Positions 1 to 9,207 of a stretch of DNA of 26,040 bases are shown in pieces. Source of the stretch: Candidatus Limnocylindrales bacterium (GTDB taxonomy: Bacteria > Chloroflexota > Limnocylindria > Limnocylindrales > CSP1-4); contig JBEKVD010000041.1 in the NCBI GenBank assembly GCA_049514315.1, forward strand, positions 1-26,040, given 5' to 3'. The notes under the pieces were generated by a model, which had not been told where the DNA came from, did no database searches, and saw only the letters and a list, made by a program, of their open reading frames with translations. Every line of letters starts with the position of its first letter. Position 1 is the stretch's first letter. The position numbers were made by a program, and so were the translations under genes.

Positions 1-623
1 TCGACCTGCCGGCCGGACCGTCGGAAGTGATGGTAGTGGCCGACGGCACGGCCGATGCCGCGCACGTGGCGGCCGATCTCCTGTCGCAGGCGGAGCACGG
101 GCCGGACTCCCCTGCCCTGCTCGTCACCTGGGACGCAGGATGTGTCGCATCCGTGGAGATCGAGCTGGGGCGGCAGCTGGAGACGGCTGCTCGCCGGGCG
201 ATCCTGGAACGGTCGCTCGCGGCCGGGGCGCTGGCGGTGCTTGCACCGAACCGAGATGCGGCCCTGGATTTCGTCAACGGCTACGCTCCGGAGCATCTCT
301 CCGTGGTCGTCGAGGACGTGGAGGAGGCCGTGGCGCGTCTGCGAAATGCGGGCTCTATCTTCGTCGGGCCGTACGCGCCGGAATCGGCGGGCGACTATGC
401 CTCCGGCGCCAACCACGTCCTGCCGACCGGGGGCCTCGCTCGTTCTTGCGGAGCGCTGGCCACCGACAGCTTCGGGAAGTTCATCCAGGTCCAGCGGATC
501 ACTCGCGACGGCCTGGCATCCATACGCGACGCGGTGGAGGCGATCTCCGAGGCCGAAGGGTTGATGGCCCACAAGCGCGCTGTCGAGATGCGCTTTGAGG
601 ACGGCGAGCGAGCGCGCTCGTGA
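1..623 (+). CDS. hisD: histidinol dehydrogenase, C-terminal part (5' end lies outside the window)
   Basis: ORF is open to the window edge (frame 3). It has HisD-type motifs SQAEHGPDS and GDYASGANHVLPTGG. Its stop overlaps the hisC GTG start (GTGA). It is the first gene of a his cluster. Confidence 0.9.
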   Translation, partial: DLPAGPSEVMVVADGTADAAHVAADLLSQAEHGPDSPALLVTWDAGCVASVEIELGRQLETAARRAILERSLAAGALAVLAPNRDAALDFVNGYAPEHLSVVVEDVEEAVARLRNAGSIFVGPYAPESAGDYASGANHVLPTGGLARSCGALATDSFGKFIQVQRITRDGLASIRDAVEAISEAEGLMAHKRAVEMRFEDGERARS

Positions 624-1717
624 GACCGCTGCCGACCTACGCCTGGGAGCCCACGACCGACTTCCTGGCGGCGAAGTACCGCCTGCCACGAGAGTCGATC
701 GTCCGGTTCGACGCCAACACCTCGCCGACTCCACCGGACCTGCGCGACGTCCTGACCGGCTCGTTCGATCCGCCGTTGAGCGAGTACCCCCCGAGCGACT
801 ACGCGGCGCTGGTCGCGGCGGCCGCCGAGTCGTACAACGTGGCGCCGGAAGAGCTGGTGCCCACCGCCGGCGCCGACGAGGCCCTGGATCTCATCGCCCG
901 CGCGTCCCTGCGCGAGGGCTCCGTGGCGGTGATTGCCACGCCCACGTACGAGATGTACAGGATCGTCTCGGAGCAGCGCGGGGCAAGTGTCGTGGCGGTA
1001 CCGCGCCTTGGTCCCGAGGAGGCGTTCGGCCTGGATATCGCCGCCCTGGCGAAGGCGGCCCGGACGGCCCAGCTGGTCTGGCTGTGCGAGCCAAACAACC
1101 CGACCGGCGCCTTCGAACCGCCCGAGCGAATCGGCGAGCTGTTGACTCGCTTGAAGTCAGAGGCCGCGCGCGACGGGCGCACGGTCCCGACGGTGGCAGT
1201 GGACGAAGCCTACGCGGAGTTCGTGGGCCGAACCGTTCTGCCTCTCCGTCGCGACTACCCGAAGCTCGTGGTCGTTCGCACGCTGAGCAAGGCGCACGCC
1301 CTGGCGGGGGCGAGAATCGGCTTTGCCTTCGCCCGACCGGAGACGCTCGCGCTGATTCTCTCGTACCGACCTCCGGCCTCGGTCAGCACCGTCTCCGCAG
1401 CCCTGGCCATAGCTTCGCTGCGGCGACCGGAGCTGGCGGCCGCCAACGTGGCCCGCATCGCCGACCAGCGGACCCGGCTGGCGAGGCGCCTGGCAGACCT
1501 GGGCTGGCGGCCGTACCCGTCGCAGTCGAACTTCATCCTCGTCCGCTTCAGCTCGCCGGCAGCTGCCGGCGGCGCGGCCGAGGCTCTTCTTCGGCGGGGC
1601 CTGGTCCCGCGCACGTTCGGGCCGGACCACCCGTTCGCCGACTGTCTCCGGCTGACCGTCAGGTCGGCCCAGGAGAACGACCGACTGATCGAGGCAGCCA
1701 GGGGGATCCCCGCATGA
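620..1717 (+). CDS. hisC: histidinol-phosphate aminotransferase
   Basis: 365-aa class-II aminotransferase with CEPNNPTGA and the PLP-lysine motif RTLSKAHALAGARIGF. It sits between hisD and hisB with 4-nt overlaps at both ends. Confidence 0.9.
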   Translation: MRPLPTYAWEPTTDFLAAKYRLPRESIVRFDANTSPTPPDLRDVLTGSFDPPLSEYPPSDYAALVAAAAESYNVAPEELVPTAGADEALDLIARASLREGSVAVIATPTYEMYRIVSEQRGASVVAVPRLGPEEAFGLDIAALAKAARTAQLVWLCEPNNPTGAFEPPERIGELLTRLKSEAARDGRTVPTVAVDEAYAEFVGRTVLPLRRDYPKLVVVRTLSKAHALAGARIGFAFARPETLALILSYRPPASVSTVSAALAIASLRRPELAAANVARIADQRTRLARRLADLGWRPYPSQSNFILVRFSSPAAAGGAAEALLRRGLVPRTFGPDHPFADCLRLTVRSAQENDRLIEAARGIPA

Positions 1718-2334
1718 GCAACCAGATCGGCACCGTTGTCGCCTCCGGCGATCGCTGGGCGACCGTCACCAGGTCCACCTGCGAGACCCAGGTCACCGTC
1801 ACCGTCAAACTGGACGGGACCGGTGAAACGCACATCGAAACGGGAGTTGGTTTCTTCGACCACCTGCTCGGCTCGTTGGCTCACCACGCTCTCTTCGACC
1901 TCGACATCGAGGCCAGCGGCGACCTCGTCGTCGACGAGCACCACACCGTGGAGGACGTGGCTCTCGTCCTTGGCGCCGCACTGGCCCAGGCCCTCGGCGA
2001 TCGCTCCGGCCTAACCCGCTTCGGCGATGCCGCCGTGCCGATGGACGAGTCCGTGGCCACGGCCGTCGTCGACGTCGGCGGCCGCCCCTACGCGGTGGTC
2101 GACCTGCCGTTCAAGGGCAGGCGCGCCGGCAAGCTGCCGCTCGATCTGATCGACCACGCATTCGAGTCGTTCGCGCGCGCCGCCGGCGTCACGCTCAACG
2201 TCAGGGGCCGGGGCCGCAACGACCACCACCTTGCCGAGGCCGCCTTCAAGGCGCTGGGTCGGGCGCTGTGCGCCGCCGTCACGGTCGACCCGCGACGACA
2301 CGGCCCCGCCTCCACCAAGGGGGCCCTGGGATGA
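1714..2334 (+). CDS. hisB: imidazoleglycerol-phosphate dehydratase
   Basis: Internal ATG at 1714 of the long 595..2334 ORF overlaps the hisC stop (ATGA). IGPD motifs are GFFDHLL, DEHHTVEDVALVLG and NDHHLAEAAFKALGRAL. Product is 206 aa. Confidence 0.92.
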   Translation: MSNQIGTVVASGDRWATVTRSTCETQVTVTVKLDGTGETHIETGVGFFDHLLGSLAHHALFDLDIEASGDLVVDEHHTVEDVALVLGAALAQALGDRSGLTRFGDAAVPMDESVATAVVDVGGRPYAVVDLPFKGRRAGKLPLDLIDHAFESFARAAGVTLNVRGRGRNDHHLAEAAFKALGRALCAAVTVDPRRHGPASTKGALG

Positions 2335-3035
2335 GGCCGCCGATCAAGGTCGCGGTGCTCGACTACGGCGCTGCGAACATAGTCAGCATCACCCGGGCCC
2401 TAGCCGTGGTCGGGGCCGACGTGTTCGAGGCCGCGGAACCGTCGGCGTTGGGCGGCGTCGATGCGATCGTCGTGCCAGGGGTCGGCGCCGCGGGGTGGGC
2501 GATGCACCACCTTCGAGAGCGCGGCCTGCTCGAGCCGATCCGAGATTGGGTCCGGGCCGGTCGGCCGTGCCTCGGCATCTGCCTGGGCCTCCAGATCCTG
2601 TTCGACGCCAGCGACGAGGGCGGTGTCGAGACGCTCGGCCTCATCGGCGGTCGAACCGTCGCGCTGGTGGATGCCCCGACGCTGCCGCACATCGGCTGGA
2701 ACTCGGTGAACCTGGTCCGGAGGCATCCTCTGTTCGACGGTATCCCTGACAGCTCGTACTTCTACTTCGTGCACTCGTTCGCCCCTGCGCCGGCCGACGA
2801 GAGCCTGGTGGTGGCCCACACGACACACGGCCGACCGTTCGTCAGCGCGGTCGCCAGGGGCTCGCTGTACGGCCTGCAGTTCCACCCCGAGAAGTCTTCC
2901 GAGGCCGGGCTTCGGGTGCTGTCCAACTTCGTCGGCCTCGTCGCGGCGACCGCGATGGCCGAGGCGACCGCGGCGGCCGAGGCGACCGCGATGGCCACCG
3001 GTTCCGCGGCGGCCGGTTCCACCGAGGTGGCGTGA
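2331..3035 (+). CDS. hisH: imidazole glycerol phosphate synthase, glutamine amidotransferase subunit
   Basis: ATG 2331 overlaps the hisB stop (ATGA). It has the class-I GATase nucleophile elbow GICLGLQ and the QFHPEKS His/Glu motif. The tail is an unusual Ala-rich C-terminal stretch encoded by an 18-nt x3 repeat. Confidence 0.9.
   Translation: MRPPIKVAVLDYGAANIVSITRALAVVGADVFEAAEPSALGGVDAIVVPGVGAAGWAMHHLRERGLLEPIRDWVRAGRPCLGICLGLQILFDASDEGGVETLGLIGGRTVALVDAPTLPHIGWNSVNLVRRHPLFDGIPDSSYFYFVHSFAPAPADESLVVAHTTHGRPFVSAVARGSLYGLQFHPEKSSEAGLRVLSNFVGLVAATAMAEATAAAEATAMATGSAAAGSTEVA
2946..2999 (+). repeat. 18-nt imperfect tandem repeat x3 inside the hisH 3' end (encodes [18 protein letters not shown])
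   Basis: Read directly: gcgaccgcgatggccgag / gcgaccgcggcggccgag / gcgaccgcgatggccacc. Confidence 0.85.
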
Positions 3036-3826
3036 TGCTTGCCCGCCGGGTCATCCCGTGCCTCGACGTCGACAGGGGCCGCGTTGTGAAGGGCGTCAGG
3101 TTCCGGAACCTGACCGACGAAGGCGATCCGGCCGAGCTGGCCGGACGCTACGCCTCCGAGGGTGCCGATGAGATCGTCCTGCTGGACATCACGGCCGCTC
3201 ACGAAGGTCGCGGCACGATGCTCGATGTCGTGCGAAGGACCGCTTCGCGCGCTTTCGTGCCGCTGACCGTCGGCGGCGGCGTCCGCAGCGTCGAGGAGAT
3301 GCGCGACGTGCTTCGGGCCGGCGCGGACAAGGTCTCGTTCAACACCGCGGCCGTGGCCGAGCCGACGCTGCTGCGGGCCTCCGCGGATCGCTTCGGCAGC
3401 CAGGCCGTTGTCTGCGCGATCGATGCCAGGCGTCTCCCGCGCGAAGAGGGTGCCGAGGGACGCTGGGAGGTCGTCACCCACGGCGGACGGCGCCCTGCGG
3501 AGCTCGACGCGGTGACCTGGGCAATGCGGGCCGTGGAGCTGGGCGCCGGCGAGTTGCTCGTCACATCCATGGACCGCGACGGCACTCGCAGCGGCTTCGA
3601 CACCGACCTGTTGGCTGCGGTTGCCACGCGCGTCCGGGTGCCGGTGATCGCTTCGGGCGGCGCGGCCGGCCCGGACGACTTCGTGGCGGCGGTTCGAGAC
3701 GGCAAGGCCGACGCGGTCCTCGCGGCCTCGATCTTCCACCGCCGGATGTACTCGGTTGGCGATATCAAGGCGGCCATGGCGGCGGCCGGATTGCCGGTCC
3801 GTCGGATCGCGGAGCCGGACGCATGA
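3035..3826 (+). CDS. hisF: imidazole glycerol phosphate synthase, cyclase subunit
   Basis: HisF motifs are [47 protein letters not shown] and [13 protein letters not shown] 3035 overlaps the hisH stop; an alternative GTG lies at 3032. Confidence 0.92.
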   Translation: MLARRVIPCLDVDRGRVVKGVRFRNLTDEGDPAELAGRYASEGADEIVLLDITAAHEGRGTMLDVVRRTASRAFVPLTVGGGVRSVEEMRDVLRAGADKVSFNTAAVAEPTLLRASADRFGSQAVVCAIDARRLPREEGAEGRWEVVTHGGRRPAELDAVTWAMRAVELGAGELLVTSMDRDGTRSGFDTDLLAAVATRVRVPVIASGGAAGPDDFVAAVRDGKADAVLAASIFHRRMYSVGDIKAAMAAAGLPVRRIAEPDA

Positions 3827-4629
3827 CCGCCCGGCGACTGACCACAGAGGACGTCGCCTGGGGGCCGTCCGGCCTTGTACCGGCCGTGCTCCAGGACGCC
3901 GCCGACGGCCGCGTCCTGATGGTTGCCTACGTCGACGCCGAGGCGCTCGCCGCCACCCTGGCGACGGGCGAGGTCCACTTCCACTCGCGCTCGCATGATC
4001 GGCTGTGGCGGAAGGGCGAGACGAGCGGCAACGTCCTGCGCCTGCTGGAGATCGCCGTAGATTGCGATCGCGATGCGCTGTTGCTGCAGGTGGACCCGGC
4101 CGGTCCGACGTGCCATCGCAACACCCGCAGCTGCTTCGACTCCCCCGGAGCCTGGGAGGTGGCGCCGCCGGCGTCGGACACCCCTGCCACGGTCCCCGCC
4201 GGCCCCGACCCCGGCGCCGGACCGTGCACGGCTGACGGATCGGGCCCGGCCGATGGACCGGCCACGGCCGATAGGGCGGCCACGGTCGCGCCCGGCGAGG
4301 GATTCGGGTGGCTCGAGGCGCTGTGGGCGACGATCGATTCCCGCGCCGGCGCCGATCCGAACGCTTCCTACACCGCTCGGTTGCTCGCGGCCGGCGTGGA
4401 TGGCCCTGCCCGCAAGGTTGCCGAGGAGGCGACCGAGGTTCTCATGGCCGCGAAGGACGACGCCGCGACCCCGCCCGAGTCACGCTCCGCCACCCGCGAC
4501 GCCCTCACCGGCGAGGTCGCCGACCTGCTCTATCACACCCTCGTGCTGCTCCGCGAACGCGACCTCCCGCCGTCCGCGGTGATCGCCCGCCTGCGCGAGC
4601 GCCACAGGCCTGATCTGCCGACGGCGTAG
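3823..4629 (+). CDS. hisI: bifunctional phosphoribosyl-AMP cyclohydrolase / phosphoribosyl-ATP pyrophosphatase
   Basis: The N-terminal HisI core has WRKGETSGN and [18 protein letters not shown]. The C-terminal HisE helices have [23 protein letters not shown] and [13 protein letters not shown]. They are joined by a ~55-aa Pro/Ala/Gly linker. The start overlaps the hisF stop (ATGA). Confidence 0.88.
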   Translation: MTARRLTTEDVAWGPSGLVPAVLQDAADGRVLMVAYVDAEALAATLATGEVHFHSRSHDRLWRKGETSGNVLRLLEIAVDCDRDALLLQVDPAGPTCHRNTRSCFDSPGAWEVAPPASDTPATVPAGPDPGAGPCTADGSGPADGPATADRAATVAPGEGFGWLEALWATIDSRAGADPNASYTARLLAAGVDGPARKVAEEATEVLMAAKDDAATPPESRSATRDALTGEVADLLYHTLVLLRERDLPPSAVIARLRERHRPDLPTA

Positions 4630-4703
4630 CGCTGGCATCGACACGGGCCGTTCAAGGTTGCCGCCTGGCACCGGCCTGGCCGCCAGAGAGGCTGCGCGCC
4701 GGT

Positions 4704-6020
4704 CTACCAGTCCGGATCGACCTGGCGGTCGAGCAGCTCACCCGGCGTGATGCGCGGCCGGATGAGCTGAGCTCGACCGTCGCGGACCGCAATCTCGGCG
4801 GCCGTCGGGTGCGACAGGAAGAACGGCATCGACTCGGTGAAGCCGTAGGCGCCGGCGTCGAGCACGGCCACGAGATCGCCGACGCGCGGCCGGGGCAGCA
4901 CCGCTTCGGTCGCGAAGACGTCCAGCCCGGTGCACAGTGGGCCGGCCACCAAAGCGTGGACCGGGGTTCGGAGATCGGCGGTCAGGACGGCCAGCCGGTG
5001 CTCGGTCCGGACAAGGGCCGGACGTACGAGATGGTTGATTCCACCATCGAGGATCGCCACCGGGGCGGAGTCGGGTCCCTTCACGTCCACGACCCGAGCC
5101 ACGTAGGCGCCGGCCGGCCCAACCAGGAATCGGCCGGGCTCGAGGAGGATCTCCATCTGGCCCAGCGCGGCGTCGCCATCCCAACGTGTCCGCAGCTCGG
5201 TCAGGCGCCGGCCGAGGAGGATCAGGTCGAGCGGCCGCTCGCCGTCGGCGTAGGGAATGCCGAGACCGCCGCCCGCATCCACCAGGCGCAGGGCCGTACC
5301 CGTCTCGGCGGCCACCTGCCGGCCGACCTCCACCAACCCGGCGATGTGACCCACGATCTGTTCGGCGTCGCGAAGGTTGGATGCGCCGAAGGCGTGCACG
5401 CCCAGCAACTCCACGTGCTCCGAGCGGGCCGCCGTGCGGGCCGTGTCCATGAGAGTCGTCAGCGGCATGCCGAACTTGCCCTCGGCACCGCCTATCAGCC
5501 GAACTGTCTCCAGGCCCGCCTCTTCGGCGACGGCGAGCCGAAGGAGGATCGGCTGCCGGCGGCCGGCCCGGGCGGCGACCGCTTCCAACCGGCGAAGCTC
5601 ACCCGGCGATTCGACGGTGACCAGGCCGATACCGGCCGCGACCGCCGCCGTCAGCTCTTCATCGAGCTTGCCGGGGCCGGTCATGGCGATCGTTGCCGGG
5701 TCGAAGCCTGCCCGGAGGACCGTCTCGAGCTCGCCGCCGGAAGCCACGTCGGCGCCGACTCCGCATCGCCGCAAGTGCGCAACGACTGCCAGGGACGGAT
5801 TGGCCTTGACCGCGAAGGCGATTCGGAAGCCGCGCGGCAGGACCGCCCGCAGGGCCTCCACGCGCCGGCCGACCATGTCCAGGTCGTAGACGTAGAAGGG
5901 CGTCCCGAATGTCTCGGCCAGGGCCGCCGGCGAAAGGCCGGCCAGCCGGCCCACATTCAGGACGCTGTCGATCCCCTCGCCGTTGCCGCCGGCGAAGTGG
6001 AGCGTGGAGGTCGCCGTCAC
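4704..6020 (-). CDS. lysA: diaminopimelate decarboxylase
   Basis: 438-aa fold-III PLP decarboxylase with AFAVKANP (PLP Lys), GGGLGIPY and EPGRFLVGPAG. Its start overlaps the dapD stop (GTGA), and it is the last gene of a dap operon. Confidence 0.85.
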   Translation of the reverse strand: MTATSTLHFAGGNGEGIDSVLNVGRLAGLSPAALAETFGTPFYVYDLDMVGRRVEALRAVLPRGFRIAFAVKANPSLAVVAHLRRCGVGADVASGGELETVLRAGFDPATIAMTGPGKLDEELTAAVAAGIGLVTVESPGELRRLEAVAARAGRRQPILLRLAVAEEAGLETVRLIGGAEGKFGMPLTTLMDTARTAARSEHVELLGVHAFGASNLRDAEQIVGHIAGLVEVGRQVAAETGTALRLVDAGGGLGIPYADGERPLDLILLGRRLTELRTRWDGDAALGQMEILLEPGRFLVGPAGAYVARVVDVKGPDSAPVAILDGGINHLVRPALVRTEHRLAVLTADLRTPVHALVAGPLCTGLDVFATEAVLPRPRVGDLVAVLDAGAYGFTESMPFFLSHPTAAEIAVRDGRAQLIRPRITPGELLDRQVDPDW

Positions 6021-6829
6021 CGCAGCGCCTCCTCCAGGGCCACCCGGGCGTCGGTGCGCTCGTCGCGGTATTTCACCACGATCGGAGCCGAGAGAACGAG
6101 CCCGTGGGCGGCGGCGAATTCACCCTGGACCCGGCGACCGCCCGGGGCGACGACGGCTCCGGCCGGGACCACCAGCGGCTCTTCGAGCGTACCGACGATG
6201 ACCCGGTCGCGGATCAGGTCGTACAGCCGGCTCGTGCCGGTCAGGATGACACCCGCGCCGATCACCGCGCCGCGCTGCACGAGGACGCCCTCGAGCACGG
6301 CCGCGTGCGCGCCGATGAAGACGTCGTCCTCGACGATCACCGGCCGCCGGCCGGGCGGCTCGAGAACGCCGCCGATCTGGACACCGGCCGAAAGGTGCAC
6401 GCGAGAGCCGATCTGGGCGCACGACCCGACCAGCACATGCGAGTCCACCATGGTTCCCTCGCCGACCCATGCCCCGATGTTGATGTACGAGGGCGGCATG
6501 ATGGTCACGCCCGGCCCGAGGTAGACCCCGCCACGAACCGACGTTCCGCCCGGAACGACGCGCCACGGCTTGCCGGCAGCGAGGGCCGCCAGTGCCTCTG
6601 GCGAGTCGATCAGGCCCTTGACCGGCAGGCCGATGCGATCGCGGAACCGCAGGGCGCCGTCGAGGTCCCAGGTTCGGGTTTCGCGGTTGTCGAACAGCCC
6701 GAGAATCGCGCCCTGGACGGCCGAATCCACGAACCAGCCGTCGTCGGCGTCCGGGTCCGGGCGAGCCGCCCTCACTCGCCCGGCGTCGAGGTCCGACAGG
6801 AGGCCCTGCGCCTCTTCACGGCCGCTCAC
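6017..6829 (-). CDS. dapD: 2,3,4,5-tetrahydropyridine-2,6-dicarboxylate N-acyltransferase (succinyltransferase type likely)
   Basis: 270 aa with left-handed beta-helix hexapeptide repeats (IGAWVGEGTMVDSHVLVGSCAQIGSRVHLSAGVQIGGVLEP...VIVEDDVFIGAHAAV). It lies between dapA and lysA with 4-nt overlaps on both sides. Confidence 0.8.
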   Translation of the reverse strand: MSGREEAQGLLSDLDAGRVRAARPDPDADDGWFVDSAVQGAILGLFDNRETRTWDLDGALRFRDRIGLPVKGLIDSPEALAALAAGKPWRVVPGGTSVRGGVYLGPGVTIMPPSYINIGAWVGEGTMVDSHVLVGSCAQIGSRVHLSAGVQIGGVLEPPGRRPVIVEDDVFIGAHAAVLEGVLVQRGAVIGAGVILTGTSRLYDLIRDRVIVGTLEEPLVVPAGAVVAPGGRRVQGEFAAAHGLVLSAPIVVKYRDERTDARVALEEALR

Positions 6830-7866
6830 GCGCGCGCCGGGGTGATTGATCGACGCGTCGCCTCCTTGCGGGCCGCGCCGGGGCCGCCGGTCGTGCCGAG
6901 GGAGCGGCCGTGGGACTCGGCCTCGGCCGCACCATCAGCCACCGCAGCCTGGGCCATCTCAAGGAGACCGGTCGTTTCGAGAACCCGTCGAAGTCGAGCG
7001 CGGTGCACCTCCTCGAGCGGCAGCAGAGGAAGCCTGACGACATCCGAGATCAGGCCGAGCATCGCCAGGGCCGACTTCACCGGCACCGGGTTCGGCCCGC
7101 CCACGAAGTTGGCCTTCATGAGCGGCAACCAGCGGTCGTGGATCCGCCTCGCGGCCTCGGAGTCGCCGGCGAACCAGGCCGCGCACATGGCCACCATTTC
7201 GCCGGGGATCTCGTTGGCGCAGGTGCAGATGACGCCATCGCCGCCCATGGCCAGCATCGGCAGCGTCCAGACGTCGTCACCCGCCAGGACGGAGAAGTGT
7301 GGCGGCCTCTCCCGAAGGATGGTCGAGATCTGGTCCATGTTGGCCGAGGCTTCCTTGACTGCGAGGATGCGCGGGTGCTCCGCCAGGCGCAGGAGCGTCG
7401 ACGGCTCGATGTTCACGCCCGTTCTGCTGGGTACGTTGTAGACGACGATCGGGAGGGCGCCGTCGTCGGCAATGGCCCGGTAGTGAGCCTCGATCATGCG
7501 CTGGTCGGGCTTGTTGTAGTAGGGAACGACGCACATGGCGGCGTCGGCGCCGAGGATCGCCGCCCGCCGCGTGGCCCGGATCGTGGCCGAGGTGTCGTTG
7601 GAGCCGGTGTTGGCAACCACCTTGATGCGGCTCCTGGAGGGCCGCTCGGAGGCGATCTCCACGGCCGTGGAGAAGAGCCACTCGCGCTCGTCGGGGCTGA
7701 GCGTGGGGCTCTCGCCGGTGGTGGCCGCGAGCACGAGGCCATCGACGGCAGAGTCGATCTGGCGGCGTACGAGCGCTCGGAAGGCGAACTCATCAACCGC
7801 GCCCCCGGGCATGAACGGCGTCACGAGGGCCGTGAAGGTTCCGCGGAACTGGCGGTTCAGTGGCAT
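6826..7866 (-). CDS. dapA: 4-hydroxy-tetrahydrodipicolinate synthase
   Basis: DapA motifs are TALVTPF, ATTGESPTL, YNVPSRTG and AVKEAS (Schiff-base Lys). GGAG lies 8 nt upstream of the ATG. The protein carries an extra ~45-aa Ala/Gly-rich C-terminal tail. Confidence 0.9.
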   Translation of the reverse strand: MPLNRQFRGTFTALVTPFMPGGAVDEFAFRALVRRQIDSAVDGLVLAATTGESPTLSPDEREWLFSTAVEIASERPSRSRIKVVANTGSNDTSATIRATRRAAILGADAAMCVVPYYNKPDQRMIEAHYRAIADDGALPIVVYNVPSRTGVNIEPSTLLRLAEHPRILAVKEASANMDQISTILRERPPHFSVLAGDDVWTLPMLAMGGDGVICTCANEIPGEMVAMCAAWFAGDSEAARRIHDRWLPLMKANFVGGPNPVPVKSALAMLGLISDVVRLPLLPLEEVHRARLRRVLETTGLLEMAQAAVADGAAEAESHGRSLGTTGGPGAARKEATRRSITPARA

Positions 7867-7931
7867 CTGAGTTGCTCCTTGAGGTTCAGGTCAATGTCGA
7901 TGCGGGCCGGCCGTCGAACTGCGGCCCGGGC

Positions 7932-8753
7932 TCAGGCATGGAGGGCTCCCGAGCCGGAGCTTGCAGCCGCGTGGCGGCCGTTCGATCCGGGCTCGGGCGG
8001 CTGTTTGGCGACGATCGAGTCGACGACCTCGTCGAATCCGTGGAGGCCGGGAGCTCGCGGCTCGGCCACCAGCCACTCGGCGGCGGTAATGGCGCCGGCG
8101 GCGTACCCCGATCGGTCGCGAGCGGTCAGGCGCATCTCCAGGCTTTCGCCCGGGGCATCGAAGCCCACAAGATGCATGCCCGGCGCGCTGCCGGCTCGAA
8201 TGACGGCGACGTCCAGCTCCTCGGGAGCGGGCGCGCCGTAGGCCACCGGGCTGGCAACGCGTGTCTTGCGGGGGTGAGCGGCGATCACCCGCCGCGACAG
8301 CTCGATGGCGGTCCCGGACGGTCGGTCGGCCTTGCTGCGGCGATGCCATTCGAGCAGGTACGGGTCGTAGTCCGCGAACGAGCCGAAGAGTCGCGTTGCG
8401 TCCTCGACGAGCCGCGCGAAGAGAGTGGCGCCGAGACTGAAGTTGGCCGAAGCCACGGCCGTTGCGTCACGCTCGATCAGCATCGCTTCGACCGCGGCGC
8501 GATCGCCGGCCCAGTTGGTCGTGCCGATCACGAAGTAGCGGACGCCACCCTGGAGAGCGGCACTGACGTTCGCCAGGACTGCGTCGCCGACGCTGAAATC
8601 GAAGAGGAGATCGGCCTCGTGAAACCGGGCAGGGGCGTGGCCATGGGGCGTGTTGGGCATGCCGAGGACTGCCCCTGGGGGTGTGCCACGTTCGGCGAGC
8701 GCGGCCGCGACCGCCCTGCCCATGCCTCCGTCTCCGGCGACAATGCTGCGCAT
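7932..8753 (-). CDS. dapB: 4-hydroxy-tetrahydrodipicolinate reductase
   Basis: It has an N-terminal Rossmann loop (AGDGGMGRAV) and EWHRRSKADRPSGTA, the DapB E-x-HH-x-K-x-D-x-PSGTA motif. I chose ATG 8753 because it is 8 nt downstream of GGAGG; the track start at 8762 is a GTG inside that SD. Confidence 0.85.
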   Translation of the reverse strand: MRSIVAGDGGMGRAVAAALAERGTPPGAVLGMPNTPHGHAPARFHEADLLFDFSVGDAVLANVSAALQGGVRYFVIGTTNWAGDRAAVEAMLIERDATAVASANFSLGATLFARLVEDATRLFGSFADYDPYLLEWHRRSKADRPSGTAIELSRRVIAAHPRKTRVASPVAYGAPAPEELDVAVIRAGSAPGMHLVGFDAPGESLEMRLTARDRSGYAAGAITAAEWLVAEPRAPGLHGFDEVVDSIVAKQPPEPGSNGRHAAASSGSGALHA

Positions 8754-8780
8754 TCCGACCACCTCCGTGAACGTTGCTGA

Positions 8781-8818
8781 GAAACAAAAAGCCGCGGCAC
8801 CTTCTTCGGTGTCGCGGC
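8781..8818 (-). terminator. intrinsic terminator inside the dapB 5' leader (attenuator or riboswitch expression platform)
   Basis: On the - strand: GCCGCGACACC-GAAGAA-GGTGCCGCGGC (11-bp stem with one mismatch) followed by TTTTTGTTTC. It ends about 14 nt before the dapB SD. The flanking gene on the other side is divergent, so the element lies between the promoter and dapB. Confidence 0.6.
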
Positions 8819-9207
8819 CCTCCGGAGCCTCCTGCCCCTCGGCTCCGCGGTTCGTTCCAAACGCCGCCGAGCCCTAGGGCCGTGCCTCCCGGCAGGGCCG
8901 CACGCGCTTCGACTTCGGCTTGGCGAGCAGTTGGACGAACATGGTCCGCGGATTATGCATTGATACGGAGATATGCGCAAGTACTGCGCAGGATCATTCA
9001 GACTGTGTAGTTTCTATGCACATCGCCATTCCAAGTTCGAGCGCAGCGGCACGGAGCCCTGGACCGATCGAAATGGGGCTGGCCGAGCGCGTGTTCTGCC
9101 CGCGGCGCGCGACAGCGGCGGGCGGAACGGCGCAACGGGGCGCGATGGCGGATACTGCCCGGGCCTGGTGCCGGCATGGGTACTCGAGGCGATGGGAGTT
9201 GATTCCC

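Noticed and set aside
595-1713. N-terminal 370 codons of the 579-aa ORF 595..2334, which would make a giant HisB
   Set aside because: This part is an out-of-frame shadow of hisC with Arg/Gly/Pro-rich nonsense composition. Recognisable HisB sequence begins only at ATG 1714, which overlaps the hisC stop.
8819-8960. Lysine (L-box) riboswitch call for the dapB leader
   Set aside because: Apart from a GCCGAAG element I could not find the ordered conserved L-box blocks (AGAGGCGC, GAGUA, GGGG..GCCGAAG, CUGG, CUGUCA). I report it only as a structured leader with a terminator, and it needs a covariance-model search.
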